A program made the position numbers and the translations under genes. Below are positions 30,182 to 39,534 of a stretch of DNA of 64,000 nt, one piece after another (within the stretch, counting starts at the first letter, position 1; every line of letters starts with the position of its first letter). The stretch covers positions 7,756 through 71,755 of the forward strand of contig JAIEDA010000004.1 in NCBI GenBank assembly GCA_029068165.1, in the 5' to 3' direction. Under the pieces are notes generated by a model. The model was not told where the DNA came from. It did no database searches and saw only the letters and a list, made by a program, of their open reading frames with translations. The stretch is from Clostridia bacterium. Its GTDB lineage: Bacteria > Bacillota > Clostridia > Christensenellales > UBA3700.

Positions 30182-31864
30182 ATGGAAAAGAATAACGACT
30201 ACATCATCCAACTGCAGGGATTGGTAAAAAAGTACGGCGATAAAACCGTCGTAAAAGGTATAAACCTTAACATTAAAGAGGGTGAGTTTGTCACGTTCTT
30301 AGGACCTAGCGGCTGTGGAAAGACCACTACGCTTAGAATGATCGCGGGATTCGAACTGCCTACTGAAGGCAAAGTTCTTTTCGACGGCAAGGACATTGCG
30401 GGACTGCCGCCGTACAAACGCCCCGTCAACACGGTTTTCCAAAAGTACGCCCTCTTCCCCCACCTCAACGTATTCAACAACATTGCATTCGGATTGAAGC
30501 TCAAGAAAATAAAGGTTGACTTTGTAAAAAAGAACGGCGAAAAAGCCGTTAAGATGGTCAAACTCAAAGATTTTTTGGTAGACCCCGCGAGCGGCAAGCC
30601 CGACTTTTCGATAGCGAACGGCGATTATTATTCGTACGTCGATAAAGGTTATATCAAACTGCGTAAAATCAAAAAAACCGTAGACAAAATGACCAAAAAA
30701 GGAAAAGTTAAGAAGGTCGTAAACGGTTATAAATACTATATTGACGAGAAAGTAAGAAGAGCGCTCAAGATAGTAGGACTCAGCGACTACGAAACGAGAA
30801 ACGTAGACTCTCTCTCAGGCGGTCAGCAACAAAGAGTTGCGATAGCGAGAGCTATCGTAAACGAGCCTAAAGTACTGCTTCTCGACGAACCTCTCGGCGC
30901 GCTCGACCTCAAGATGCGTCAGGAAATGCAGCTTGAGCTCAAGGAAATGCACCGCACTTTGGGAATTACCTTTATATACGTAACGCACGATCAGGAAGAA
31001 GCGCTGACAATGAGCGATACCGTCGTGGTAATGAAAGACGGCGAGATATGTCAAGAAGGCACGCCTATTGACATTTACAACGAACCTAAGACCGCATACG
31101 TCGCCGACTTCATAGGAGAATCAAACATTCTCGACGGCGTAATGATCGACGATTACAGGGTCAATATAGTAGGCGCGGAGTTCGCTTGCGTGGACAGCGG
31201 CTTCGGACAAAACGCGCCCGTCGATACCGTAATCCGTCCCGAGGATATAGAAATCAAAAAAGTCGGCAAAGGTCAGCTTGAGGGCGTAATCAAATCGAGT
31301 ATGTTCAGGGGCGTGCACTACGAAATGCTTTGCGATTGCAACGGCTACGAGTTTACTATCCACAGCACGGTAGAATCTCCCGTCGGCTCGAAAGTAGGCT
31401 TATACGTAGCTCCCGAAAACATACAAATTATGACGAAAGAACATATCGACAACACAGTTGAAGTTACGTTTACTTCCAATACGACTTTCGATCTATACGG
31501 CGGAGAGTACGAGTTTGACCCGACGGCGCTCTTTGAAGATTGCTCTTACGACGCCGACCAAGACGTACTTACGATTGCGGGCGGCGAGTATACCTTGAAA
31601 GGCGAAAAAGCTAAAGTCAATTTCGCTTTCACCGATATAGATATGACCGACGACGAATACGCCGCTCCGCTTGCGGGCAACGTAGACAGTATGATTTACA
31701 AGGGCAAAAACTATATCGTCGATATAAAGACGGACGACAACCATCACGTCTACGCCGACACCCAATATCTTTGGGACAAAGGCGATAGAGTGGGTATCAA
31801 AATTTACAAATTCGGACTAGTTGAATGTCAACTTATCGGCAAAAAGGAGGACGGTAATGTTTAA
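30182..31864 (+). CDS. potA: Spermidine/putrescine ABC transporter ATP-binding protein (extended)
   Basis: [48 protein letters not shown] and TOBE domains, with an internal insertion and a C-terminal extension. Confidence 0.93.
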   Translation: MEKNNDYIIQLQGLVKKYGDKTVVKGINLNIKEGEFVTFLGPSGCGKTTTLRMIAGFELPTEGKVLFDGKDIAGLPPYKRPVNTVFQKYALFPHLNVFNNIAFGLKLKKIKVDFVKKNGEKAVKMVKLKDFLVDPASGKPDFSIANGDYYSYVDKGYIKLRKIKKTVDKMTKKGKVKKVVNGYKYYIDEKVRRALKIVGLSDYETRNVDSLSGGQQQRVAIARAIVNEPKVLLLDEPLGALDLKMRQEMQLELKEMHRTLGITFIYVTHDQEEALTMSDTVVVMKDGEICQEGTPIDIYNEPKTAYVADFIGESNILDGVMIDDYRVNIVGAEFACVDSGFGQNAPVDTVIRPEDIEIKKVGKGQLEGVIKSSMFRGVHYEMLCDCNGYEFTIHSTVESPVGSKVGLYVAPENIQIMTKEHIDNTVEVTFTSNTTFDLYGGEYEFDPTALFEDCSYDADQDVLTIAGGEYTLKGEKAKVNFAFTDIDMTDDEYAAPLAGNVDSMIYKGKNYIVDIKTDDNHHVYADTQYLWDKGDRVGIKIYKFGLVECQLIGKKEDGNV

Positions 31865-32633
31865 AAAATTCCTCGCTCTCCCCTATGCGCTGTTTATGTT
31901 GCTGTTCGTACTGCTGCCGCTCGTCTTGATTTTGGTATTCGCGTTTATCGACGCGACGGACGGCTCTTTCGACTTGGTTGCCAACTTCCAAGAACTCGCC
32001 AAAGAAAACGCGCTTGGAAAAGTAATCAAAAACTCTATCATAGCGGGATTTTCCACGGGAGCTCTATGTTTGATAATAGGCTATCCGATAGCTTACTTTC
32101 TAACTAAAAAAGAATTCAATAAAAAAGGCGTAATGATAGGACTTTTCCTCGCTCCGATGTGGGTAAACTTCCTGCTTAGAATGATGGCTACGAAAGCCGT
32201 ATTCAACGTGCTAGGAATCAAACTCGGTATGGGCGCGGTAATCTTCGGACTTACTTACGAATTTTTGCCGTTTATGATAATGCCGCTTTACAACACGCTC
32301 TTGAAGATAGATAAAAGCTTTATCGAGGGCGCGGGCGACTTGGGCGCAACGCCTACCAAAGCTTTTTGGAAAGTAACCGTTCCGCTGTCTATGCCGGGCG
32401 TGCTGAGCGGACTAACAATGGTGCTTATTCCATCGGTGACAACGTTTGCGGTGACGGAGATTATGAGCAACGGCAAAATGATGTTGCTCGGCGACTTTAT
32501 CTACTCGCTCAAAGCCGATTCGCTGAATATGGCTGCGGCAATATCTTTCGTACTTTTGCTGTTTATGATCGCTTCAATGCTCATATCCAACAAATACGAC
32601 AAGGACGACGGCAAAGGAGGCAAACTATGGTAA
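31857..32633 (+). CDS. potB: Spermidine/putrescine ABC permease
   Basis: [29 protein letters not shown]-like loop. ATG 31857 after SD AGGAGG. Confidence 0.9.
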   Translation: MFKKFLALPYALFMLLFVLLPLVLILVFAFIDATDGSFDLVANFQELAKENALGKVIKNSIIAGFSTGALCLIIGYPIAYFLTKKEFNKKGVMIGLFLAPMWVNFLLRMMATKAVFNVLGIKLGMGAVIFGLTYEFLPFMIMPLYNTLLKIDKSFIEGAGDLGATPTKAFWKVTVPLSMPGVLSGLTMVLIPSVTTFAVTEIMSNGKMMLLGDFIYSLKADSLNMAAAISFVLLLFMIASMLISNKYDKDDGKGGKLW

Positions 32634-33451
32634 GGAAAATTGTCGTAAAGACTTTTATAGCCGCAGTGCTGATACTGCTATATTTGCCTATCGTATGGAT
32701 GATAGTGTTTTCTTTTACGGGCACGACCTCGTTCAGCAGTTGGGGCGGTTTCACTTTTGACAACTATATCAACCTCTTCACAGGCAACGGCGCAAACGCG
32801 GATAAGATACAGGAAGCGTTGCTCAACACGCTGTTCGTAGGCTTTTTCGTAAGCCTTCTCTCAACCGTACTCGGTACGTTAGGCGCGATAGGCTTGCACG
32901 CTATACACAGCAAAAAGATAAAGACCGCATACTCAACCGTCAATCAAATACCTATGATAAACAGCGAAATAGTTACGGCTATCGCACTTGCTTTGGTATT
33001 CAATCTCTTCTCGGCGACTTTTAAGATTTCCGACGGAAGTTGGGGAGCTACGGCTTTCAAGCTTATCTTGGCTCAAACGTCGTTTTGCGCGCCATACGTA
33101 CTGCTCAACGTACTCCCGAGGTTGCAAAAGTCCGACAATAAAATATACGAAGCGGCTTTGGATCTCGGCTGCACGCCGGCAAAAGCTCTATTCAAAGTAG
33201 TCCTGCCCGATATATTGCCGGGTATAGTGGTGGGCGCCCTGCTCTCGTTTACGCTGTCGATAGACGATTTCGTAATCACCAAAGTGAACGTAACGTCTTT
33301 CGAAACGCTTTCAACTTTGCTCTACGGACTTAAAAACGGCAAGCACCCGCTGCCCGCCGACATAAGAGCATTGTTCACTATTATATTCTTTATCGTCTTT
33401 GCGTTGATGATGATACTCTATTCTCCGCGCAAAAAGTCGGCTAAAGACTAA
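32627..33451 (+). CDS. potC: Spermidine/putrescine ABC permease
   Basis: LYLPI..FSF, YEAALDLGC, FTLSIDDFVIT. ATG 32627 after SD AGGAGG. Confidence 0.9.
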   Translation: MVRKIVVKTFIAAVLILLYLPIVWMIVFSFTGTTSFSSWGGFTFDNYINLFTGNGANADKIQEALLNTLFVGFFVSLLSTVLGTLGAIGLHAIHSKKIKTAYSTVNQIPMINSEIVTAIALALVFNLFSATFKISDGSWGATAFKLILAQTSFCAPYVLLNVLPRLQKSDNKIYEAALDLGCTPAKALFKVVLPDILPGIVVGALLSFTLSIDDFVITKVNVTSFETLSTLLYGLKNGKHPLPADIRALFTIIFFIVFALMMILYSPRKKSAKD

Positions 33452-33468
33452 CGACGGAGCGTACGGCA

Positions 33469-34833
33469 ATGAAAAGAAAAATAACCACTATATTAGTTTT
33501 GATCACAATAATAGCTGCGCTCACGCTACCCATACTGTTGACGGGTTGTACGCCGCGCGAAAACGTGCTTAAAGTGTATAACTGGTCAGAGTACATAGGC
33601 GAGGACGTAATATCCCAGTTTGAGGAATACTACTACGAAATAACGGGTCAAAAAATCAAAGTCAAATACGATATGTTTGACGAAAACGAGCTTATGTACG
33701 CGCAAATCAAGACTACTCAAGCCGACTACGACGTAATATGTCCGTCCGACTATATGGTAGAAAAATTGATAAAGGAGAACCTGCTATTAAAGCTCGCTCC
33801 CGACCTCAACGAACTTGGCAACTTTGACGAAGAAATCGAGGACTACCGCGACGGAATATCCGACTTGTTTAAGTCGGGAGAAGATTCGTATTTCAAATTC
33901 GATTACGACGAAGAGAGCGGCGAGTATAACCTCTACAGCCGCACGTATATGACAGGCACTATGGGTATACTCTACGCCGTGGATTCCGACCTATACGAAA
34001 ATTCCTCTTACGGCGAATACTCTTCAATGCAAGAATACGTAGAAGCCAACGGTTGGGCGGTGTTGTGGGACAAAGCGTTCGACCAAAATATTATGATGAA
34101 AAACTCGCTGCGCGACTCTTACGCAATAGGCGCTATCTATACCCTGCTCAACGAAAGGTCTAAGTACTATAACCCCTCGCTTACTCCCGCGCAAGCGCAA
34201 AACGCTACCGACGACGAAACCGTCAAAAAGATAGAAGAATACCTGATTAATCAAAAGCCGATAATCAGCGGCTACGAAAACGACGAAGGCAAGGAGCTTA
34301 TTATTGAAGGCGATATTGACCTGACCTTGCAATGGGCGGGCGACGCGGTGTATGCAATGGACTCGCTTCAAGAAGAATTGGGCATCACGAGAGAACTCGC
34401 TTACTTCGTACCGTACGAAGGATCCAACCTATTCAGCGACGCTTGGTGTATACCAAAATACGCCGGCAACGTTACGGCGGCAAACCTTTGGATTAATTTT
34501 ATGTGCCGTCCCGATATAGCGATTGAGAATATGGACTACATTGGCTACACTAGCGGCGTTGCGACGGAAGAGATATACGAGTATATCCTAGACAACTGGG
34601 CAAGCGACGACGAAGAAAACGCTATCAAAGCGGACCTAACTCACTTCTTCGGCGAAAGTTGCGAATTTGCGGACGAAACGGGTAAAGTAATCGTCTATAT
34701 CGACGAAGACGACTACAACGCATTTGAAGCGCAGTTCTTCTCAAGCGAAGTGTTGGAAAGATGCGCGGTAATGCGCGACTTTGGAGATAGAACGTCAGTA
34801 ATGAATCGAATGTGGCGAAACGTCAAATCATAA
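33469..34833 (+). CDS. potD: Spermidine/putrescine-binding lipoprotein
   Basis: Lipobox LLTGC, VYNWSEYI, YDVICPSDYM, WAGDA, EGSNLFSDAW, INFMCRPDIA. Confidence 0.92.
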   Translation: MKRKITTILVLITIIAALTLPILLTGCTPRENVLKVYNWSEYIGEDVISQFEEYYYEITGQKIKVKYDMFDENELMYAQIKTTQADYDVICPSDYMVEKLIKENLLLKLAPDLNELGNFDEEIEDYRDGISDLFKSGEDSYFKFDYDEESGEYNLYSRTYMTGTMGILYAVDSDLYENSSYGEYSSMQEYVEANGWAVLWDKAFDQNIMMKNSLRDSYAIGAIYTLLNERSKYYNPSLTPAQAQNATDDETVKKIEEYLINQKPIISGYENDEGKELIIEGDIDLTLQWAGDAVYAMDSLQEELGITRELAYFVPYEGSNLFSDAWCIPKYAGNVTAANLWINFMCRPDIAIENMDYIGYTSGVATEEIYEYILDNWASDDEENAIKADLTHFFGESCEFADETGKVIVYIDEDDYNAFEAQFFSSEVLERCAVMRDFGDRTSVMNRMWRNVKS

Positions 34834-34836
34834 TCA

Positions 34837-34862
34837 AAGAGGAACGCAAATGCGTTCCTCTT
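34837..34862 (+). terminator. Hairpin AAGAGGAACGC-AAAT-GCGTTCCTCTT after potD
   Basis: Perfect 11-bp stem directly after the stop codon. Confidence 0.65.
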
Positions 34863-34947
34863 ATCATTCCCTGAAATTAAATAGTATTATTTTCAATAAT
34901 GAAAATTTTATTTAGATGATTTGCATTAAACGAAACTATTTCAATTT

Positions 34948-35127
34948 GTAATATTGAGCGAAGTCGAAATATCTAAAATCCTTAAGAAAATTTAATAACG
35001 GAAGTACAAAGCGATAAGCGGGGCTCGCGATTATTACGCTCATAGTTTTTGATTTAACTAAGTTGCGAAGTTTATCCAAGTAGCGCGAAAAAATATGGCA
35101 GTAATAACGTGAACCCGCTTGTAAGCC
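34948..35127 (+). repeat. Family C copy (34948-34974) plus family A element (34998-35127)
   Basis: GTAATATTGAGCGAAGTCGAAATATCT, then TAAGCGGGGCTCGCGATTATTACGC...GCAGTAATAACGTGAACCCGCTTG, between convergent potD and helicase genes. Confidence 0.85.
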
Positions 35128-35168
35128 TTGCCATTAGTAGTATAAGAAAAATAACAACCTAATACTGC

Positions 35169-36782
35169 TTATTCGTCAAACGCGCTATAAAACTTGCTCT
35201 TTCTAGACACAGGTTTGTTGCCTTTCTTCTTCATACCCTTGACAGCGGCTTTACTGCCGTCGGCTTTCTTTCCGCCTGCTTTCTTCACAGGTTTATTCCC
35301 AAACGACTTAGCGGCAGGTTTGCCCTTTTTGCCATAATCTTTTGAAGTCTTGGGATTTGAATTTTCAGTAGGTCTTTCCTCTTCTTTGGCTTCTTGTATA
35401 GTTACCGCGCGCTTGCCAAGCGTTACGCCCTTGAGTTTGAAGAGCTTGCCCTCGCAACCTTTAATCACGGAAACGAAGCTATACGTATCCCTTATCTTTA
35501 TATCCGATATTTCAAAAATTTTCAACGGCGTAGACTTAAGCAGCAACTTCGTCAAACTATCCTTGTCGAGCAAATCTTTCTTGCCTACGTTGAGGAAAAA
35601 CCTGCTTTGATTGTCGCGGAAGTCTTTAATCTTATTTGAAGAGTCCTTTGGCAAGGTGAAAGTATCGGCAATATTACCGAGTTCAAAAAATTTAAGCGCG
35701 TTGTCGCTCGCCTTTTGAAAACTCGGGATATACCCGACTTGCGAACTGTCTATTAGCGTATACGCTACGCCTTCTTTTTTGGCTCTCGCCGTCCTGCCAA
35801 TTCTATGTACGTAAAAATCGCTATCCGTCGGCGGGTCGAAATTTATTATTACGTCCACGCCCTCAACGTCAAGACCTCTCGCCGCCACGTCGGTAGCCAC
35901 TAAAATTTGCAATCCTTGCGACTTAAATCGCTTGATAATTTGCGTACGTTCGGTTTGTCTTAAATCTCCGTGTATAACCGCAACCGACCTCTTTTTTGCG
36001 ATAAGCGCGCTAAAGAGTTTGTCCGCTCGCGCTTTGGTATTGCAAAATACTATCGCGCGCTCGTACTTGCCATCGTCAATAATTTTCAGCAGCGCGCCCA
36101 CTCGTTGCGCGTCCTTGACTATAGCGTAATACTGCTCTATCTTGGGTATGTCTTCGCCGTCAGCCGTCTTTACAAACGTAGGCTTATCAAAAAACTCTTC
36201 AACAAGGTTAAGAATATTTTGCGGCAACGTCGCCGAAAAACACATCTTTTGGCACTTGCCTACGCTCTTGCTGATCTTTTCTATATCGCCCCTAAATCCC
36301 ATATCGAGCATTTCGTCGCCCTCGTCAAGCACGAAAAATTTGACTGAAGCGAGCTTTATCGTCCGTCTATCGATATGATCGAGCAATCTTCCGGGCGTTC
36401 CAACGACAATTTGCGGCTTTTTCCTAAGACAAAACAGCTGTCTTTGAATATTTTGACCGCCGTAAAGTCCCGCGGTTCGGATATTCTCGCAATACTTGAG
36501 CGCGGCTTGGATCACCTCGCATATTTGTATTACGAGTTCTCTCGTAGGACATACTATCAACGCTTGAACGGCGTTATCTTCTCTATCGATTTTACTCAGT
36601 ATCGGCAAGACGAACGCCAGCGTTTTGCCCGTACCCGTAGGAGCTTTGGCAACGATATCGCCCTCGCCGAGCGCTAGAGGTATGACTTTTTTCTGTATGT
36701 CCGTAGGAACGGTAACGTTTTGTCCGTCAAGACTTTTTATCAGTTCCGGCGCAAAGCCGTATTGTTCAAATTGGTTATTCAT
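35169..36782 (-). CDS. DEAD-box RNA helicase with DbpA-type RNA-binding domain and basic tail
   Basis: Q motif, APTGTGKT, PTREL, TPGRL, DEGD (variant motif II), SAT, ARGLD, HRIGRTAR, FLNVGKKD. Confidence 0.93.
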   Translation of the reverse strand: MNNQFEQYGFAPELIKSLDGQNVTVPTDIQKKVIPLALGEGDIVAKAPTGTGKTLAFVLPILSKIDREDNAVQALIVCPTRELVIQICEVIQAALKYCENIRTAGLYGGQNIQRQLFCLRKKPQIVVGTPGRLLDHIDRRTIKLASVKFFVLDEGDEMLDMGFRGDIEKISKSVGKCQKMCFSATLPQNILNLVEEFFDKPTFVKTADGEDIPKIEQYYAIVKDAQRVGALLKIIDDGKYERAIVFCNTKARADKLFSALIAKKRSVAVIHGDLRQTERTQIIKRFKSQGLQILVATDVAARGLDVEGVDVIINFDPPTDSDFYVHRIGRTARAKKEGVAYTLIDSSQVGYIPSFQKASDNALKFFELGNIADTFTLPKDSSNKIKDFRDNQSRFFLNVGKKDLLDKDSLTKLLLKSTPLKIFEISDIKIRDTYSFVSVIKGCEGKLFKLKGVTLGKRAVTIQEAKEEERPTENSNPKTSKDYGKKGKPAAKSFGNKPVKKAGGKKADGSKAAVKGMKKKGNKPVSRKSKFYSAFDE

Positions 36783-36839
36783 ATATTTATTATACGACAA
36801 AAGTTGATTTTTTCCAAACGATTATATTATAATAGTCCT

Positions 36840-37571
36840 ATGAAAAATGCAATTATTTCGGGCGCTTCGAGAGGAATAGGCAAAGCCGTAGCGCTCGCTT
36901 TGGCAAAACGCGGCTATAGAGTTATCGTCAACTATCTCAGTTCGCAAGAGCAAGCGGAGCTTCTTTGTAAGCAGCTCGATTCCGAGGGCGCGAGCGCAGT
37001 CGCGTACAAAGCCGATATGGCTGACCCAAAACAAATTTGCGATATGGTCGAATACGTCCGCAACGCTTTTGGAAGCGTAGACCTCGTCGTCGCAAACGCG
37101 GGCGTGGGTAAAAATTCATTGCTAGTAGACCACTCGGACGAAGATATACGCAAACTTATCGACGTCAATTTGGTAGGCGTAATCACGCTGTGCCGCGAAG
37201 CTGCAAAGGTAATGCTTGAGCAAAAGTACGGCAATATTATTACCATTTCTTCGATGTGGGGACAAGTCGGCGGAAGCTGCGAAAGCGTTTATTCGGCGAC
37301 CAAAGGCGGAATTATCGCTTTCACCAAAGCGCTTGCCAAAGAACTTGCCCTGAGCGGCGTAAGGGTCAACTGCGTTTCCCCAGGCTTTATAGATACGGAC
37401 ATCAATTCAAATCTTTCGCCTGAGGATAAAAAACTCGTGATTGACGAAATCCCATTATCTAGAGCGGGCGCGCCTGAGGATGTAGCCGAGGCTATAGCTT
37501 GGCTCGCCGACGATAAGTCGTCCTATATCACCGGTCAAGTGCTGGGCGTAAACGGCGGACTGATTATCTAA
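36840..37571 (+). CDS. SDR oxidoreductase, FabG-like, closest in motif to YmfI (EF-P 5-aminopentanone reductase)
   Basis: SGASRGIG, NAG, ISSMWGQVGGSCESVYSATKGG, VNCVSPGFIDT. Confidence 0.85.
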   Translation: MKNAIISGASRGIGKAVALALAKRGYRVIVNYLSSQEQAELLCKQLDSEGASAVAYKADMADPKQICDMVEYVRNAFGSVDLVVANAGVGKNSLLVDHSDEDIRKLIDVNLVGVITLCREAAKVMLEQKYGNIITISSMWGQVGGSCESVYSATKGGIIAFTKALAKELALSGVRVNCVSPGFIDTDINSNLSPEDKKLVIDEIPLSRAGAPEDVAEAIAWLADDKSSYITGQVLGVNGGLII

Positions 37572-37648
37572 AATTTCTTTAACTTGCAATCTATATCGTT
37601 CATATTATATAGAGAAAAAACTTTGAAAAATACATATTATAAACCGTA

Positions 37649-38875
37649 ATGAAAAGACTTAAAAGCTATAAACACACTTTCAACTCCTGCTGCGTGGCGT
37701 CGTCAATACAGGCGATAACTATCAACTTGGCGCCTTTGCTGTTCGTGAGTTTTCAAGAAGGTTTAGGAATATCTCTTACGAAACTGACGGCGCTTATCAC
37801 CGTCACTTTTTTGGTGCAGCTTTTAATGGACGCGGTAAGCGCAAAAATTATAGACAAAATAGGATACAGGACTTCAGTAATTCTTTCGCACGTTTTCGCC
37901 GCGGCAGGTCTTATACTTCTCGCAACGTTGCCGTTTGCGTTCTCCGACGGCTACTTGGGTCTTATGATAGCAACTATCGTATGCGCCATAGGCGGCGGCA
38001 TTGCCGAAGTAATCATCTCTCCCGTAGTCGAGGCTATTCCCGAAAAGGCGGGCAATATGTCCCTGCTTCATTCTTTTTACTGCTTCGGATATTTGTTTGT
38101 AGTGCTGATTACCGTCGTATATTTTCAGTTTTTCCCCAAAACTGCGTGGCAAACGCTGGTTTTGGCGCTGTCTTTGATACCCATCGCCAACGGAATTTTC
38201 TTCTTTTTCGTACCCTGTAGCACGCTCGACGAACAGCGCGGAGAAAGTATGCGACTTAGAGATTTGTTCAAAAACAAGCGCTTTTATCTCTTTGTGATAC
38301 TCATAACCTGCGCCGGCGCTTGCGAACAGGCTATAAGTCAATGGGTTTCATACTTCGCCGAAATAGGTCTGAACCTTTCAAAGACCGTAGGCGACCTCGT
38401 TGGTCCGTTTACCTTCGCGCTTTTGATGGGTCTTGGTAGATTATTTTATGGACTATTTGGGAAAAACATCCGACTTGCAAAAATAATGCCTTTGCTTGGC
38501 GCGGCGTGCCTTGCCTGCTATATTGTGGTCGTAGTCAGCAATATTCCGTTACTTTCTTTGATAGTATGCGCGCTGTGCGGTCTAGCCGTCAGCATAATGT
38601 GGCCGGCGACTTTGGACCTCGCCTCTCGCAATATTTCAAAAGGCGGCACGGCTATGTTCGCGTTGCTTGCGCTTGGCGGCGACGTGGGTTGCACGCTCGG
38701 TCCTAGCTTGGTCGGCTACGTATCCGACTCATCGTCTTACGGTCTTAAGGGCGGTCTTGCAACGGCGATGATTTTCGCGCTGCTCTTCTTTTTGGCTTCG
38801 CTCTTTATCGGCAAACTCAAAAAGCCTACCCCAAAACAAATTTTGGAAAACAACCTCAACAACGATTTGAATTAG
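37649..38875 (+). CDS. MFS transporter (fucose permease-like sugar MFS)
   Basis: About 12 TM segments, DKIGYR loop motif, MSLLHSFYC, GACEQAISQW. Confidence 0.85.
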   Translation: MKRLKSYKHTFNSCCVASSIQAITINLAPLLFVSFQEGLGISLTKLTALITVTFLVQLLMDAVSAKIIDKIGYRTSVILSHVFAAAGLILLATLPFAFSDGYLGLMIATIVCAIGGGIAEVIISPVVEAIPEKAGNMSLLHSFYCFGYLFVVLITVVYFQFFPKTAWQTLVLALSLIPIANGIFFFFVPCSTLDEQRGESMRLRDLFKNKRFYLFVILITCAGACEQAISQWVSYFAEIGLNLSKTVGDLVGPFTFALLMGLGRLFYGLFGKNIRLAKIMPLLGAACLACYIVVVVSNIPLLSLIVCALCGLAVSIMWPATLDLASRNISKGGTAMFALLALGGDVGCTLGPSLVGYVSDSSSYGLKGGLATAMIFALLFFLASLFIGKLKKPTPKQILENNLNNDLN

Positions 38876-38953
38876 AAAATAAAAAATAGATTGAAAAGAC
38901 AACTTCAATATGCTATAATTTAAAAAGTGATATTCAACTTTGGAGCAAAAATA

Positions 38954-39295
38954 ATGGAAAAATATTGCGCTAAAACAGTAAATTGGGTCAAAACCGGTAA
39001 AAATCTAGAGTATTTAAGACGGCATAATATAAATTTGATAAAAAAAGTTTGCGCTTATTGTAGAAGTCAAGAGGACAGCAAAACTCACTGCGTAGGCGGA
39101 GAAAAGTGTAAAACTTGCACTTTCGATATGGACAACCATATCTCGAGGAACGAACTCGCCAGCGCCGTTGCGGGTTGGACGGATTCGCAGGTTGCAAACT
39201 GGGAAGACGCAAGATCTATCATCTCTATAGAAGATTTGTACGTTTATTGCGAACTGTGTGAATTGAGTCTTGAGGATATACTCATTATGAACTAA
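38954..39295 (+). CDS. XRE-like HTH protein with a Cys-rich insertion
   Basis: VNWVKTGKNLEYLR...ISRNELA...QVANWEDARSIISIEDL...LSLEDIL XRE pattern with 8 Cys. Own promoter TTGAAA...TATAAT and terminator. Confidence 0.65.
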   Translation: MEKYCAKTVNWVKTGKNLEYLRRHNINLIKKVCAYCRSQEDSKTHCVGGEKCKTCTFDMDNHISRNELASAVAGWTDSQVANWEDARSIISIEDLYVYCELCELSLEDILIMN

Positions 39296-39340
39296 TCCCC
39301 CCCCTAAACGACATTTTTATCGATTGAAAAACTAATATCC

Positions 39341-39364
39341 ACGGGAAGCCAACGGCTTCCCGTT
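39341..39364 (+). terminator. Hairpin ACGGGAAGCC-AAC-GGCTTCCCGT
   Basis: Perfect 10-bp stem after the HTH gene, with a weak U-tract. Confidence 0.55.
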
Positions 39365-39534
39365 CGTCATATTGAGAGAAGTCGTAATATCTCGACCTAT
39401 TCTAAATATATATTCGCCGTTTGGGCAGTTTTATACCAATGAAAAAAAATTTTGCATACGCCTTGACAGCCGACTTTTATTATATTATAATGATACTATT
39501 AAATATATGAATAACTTAGGAGGTTATCAAAATT

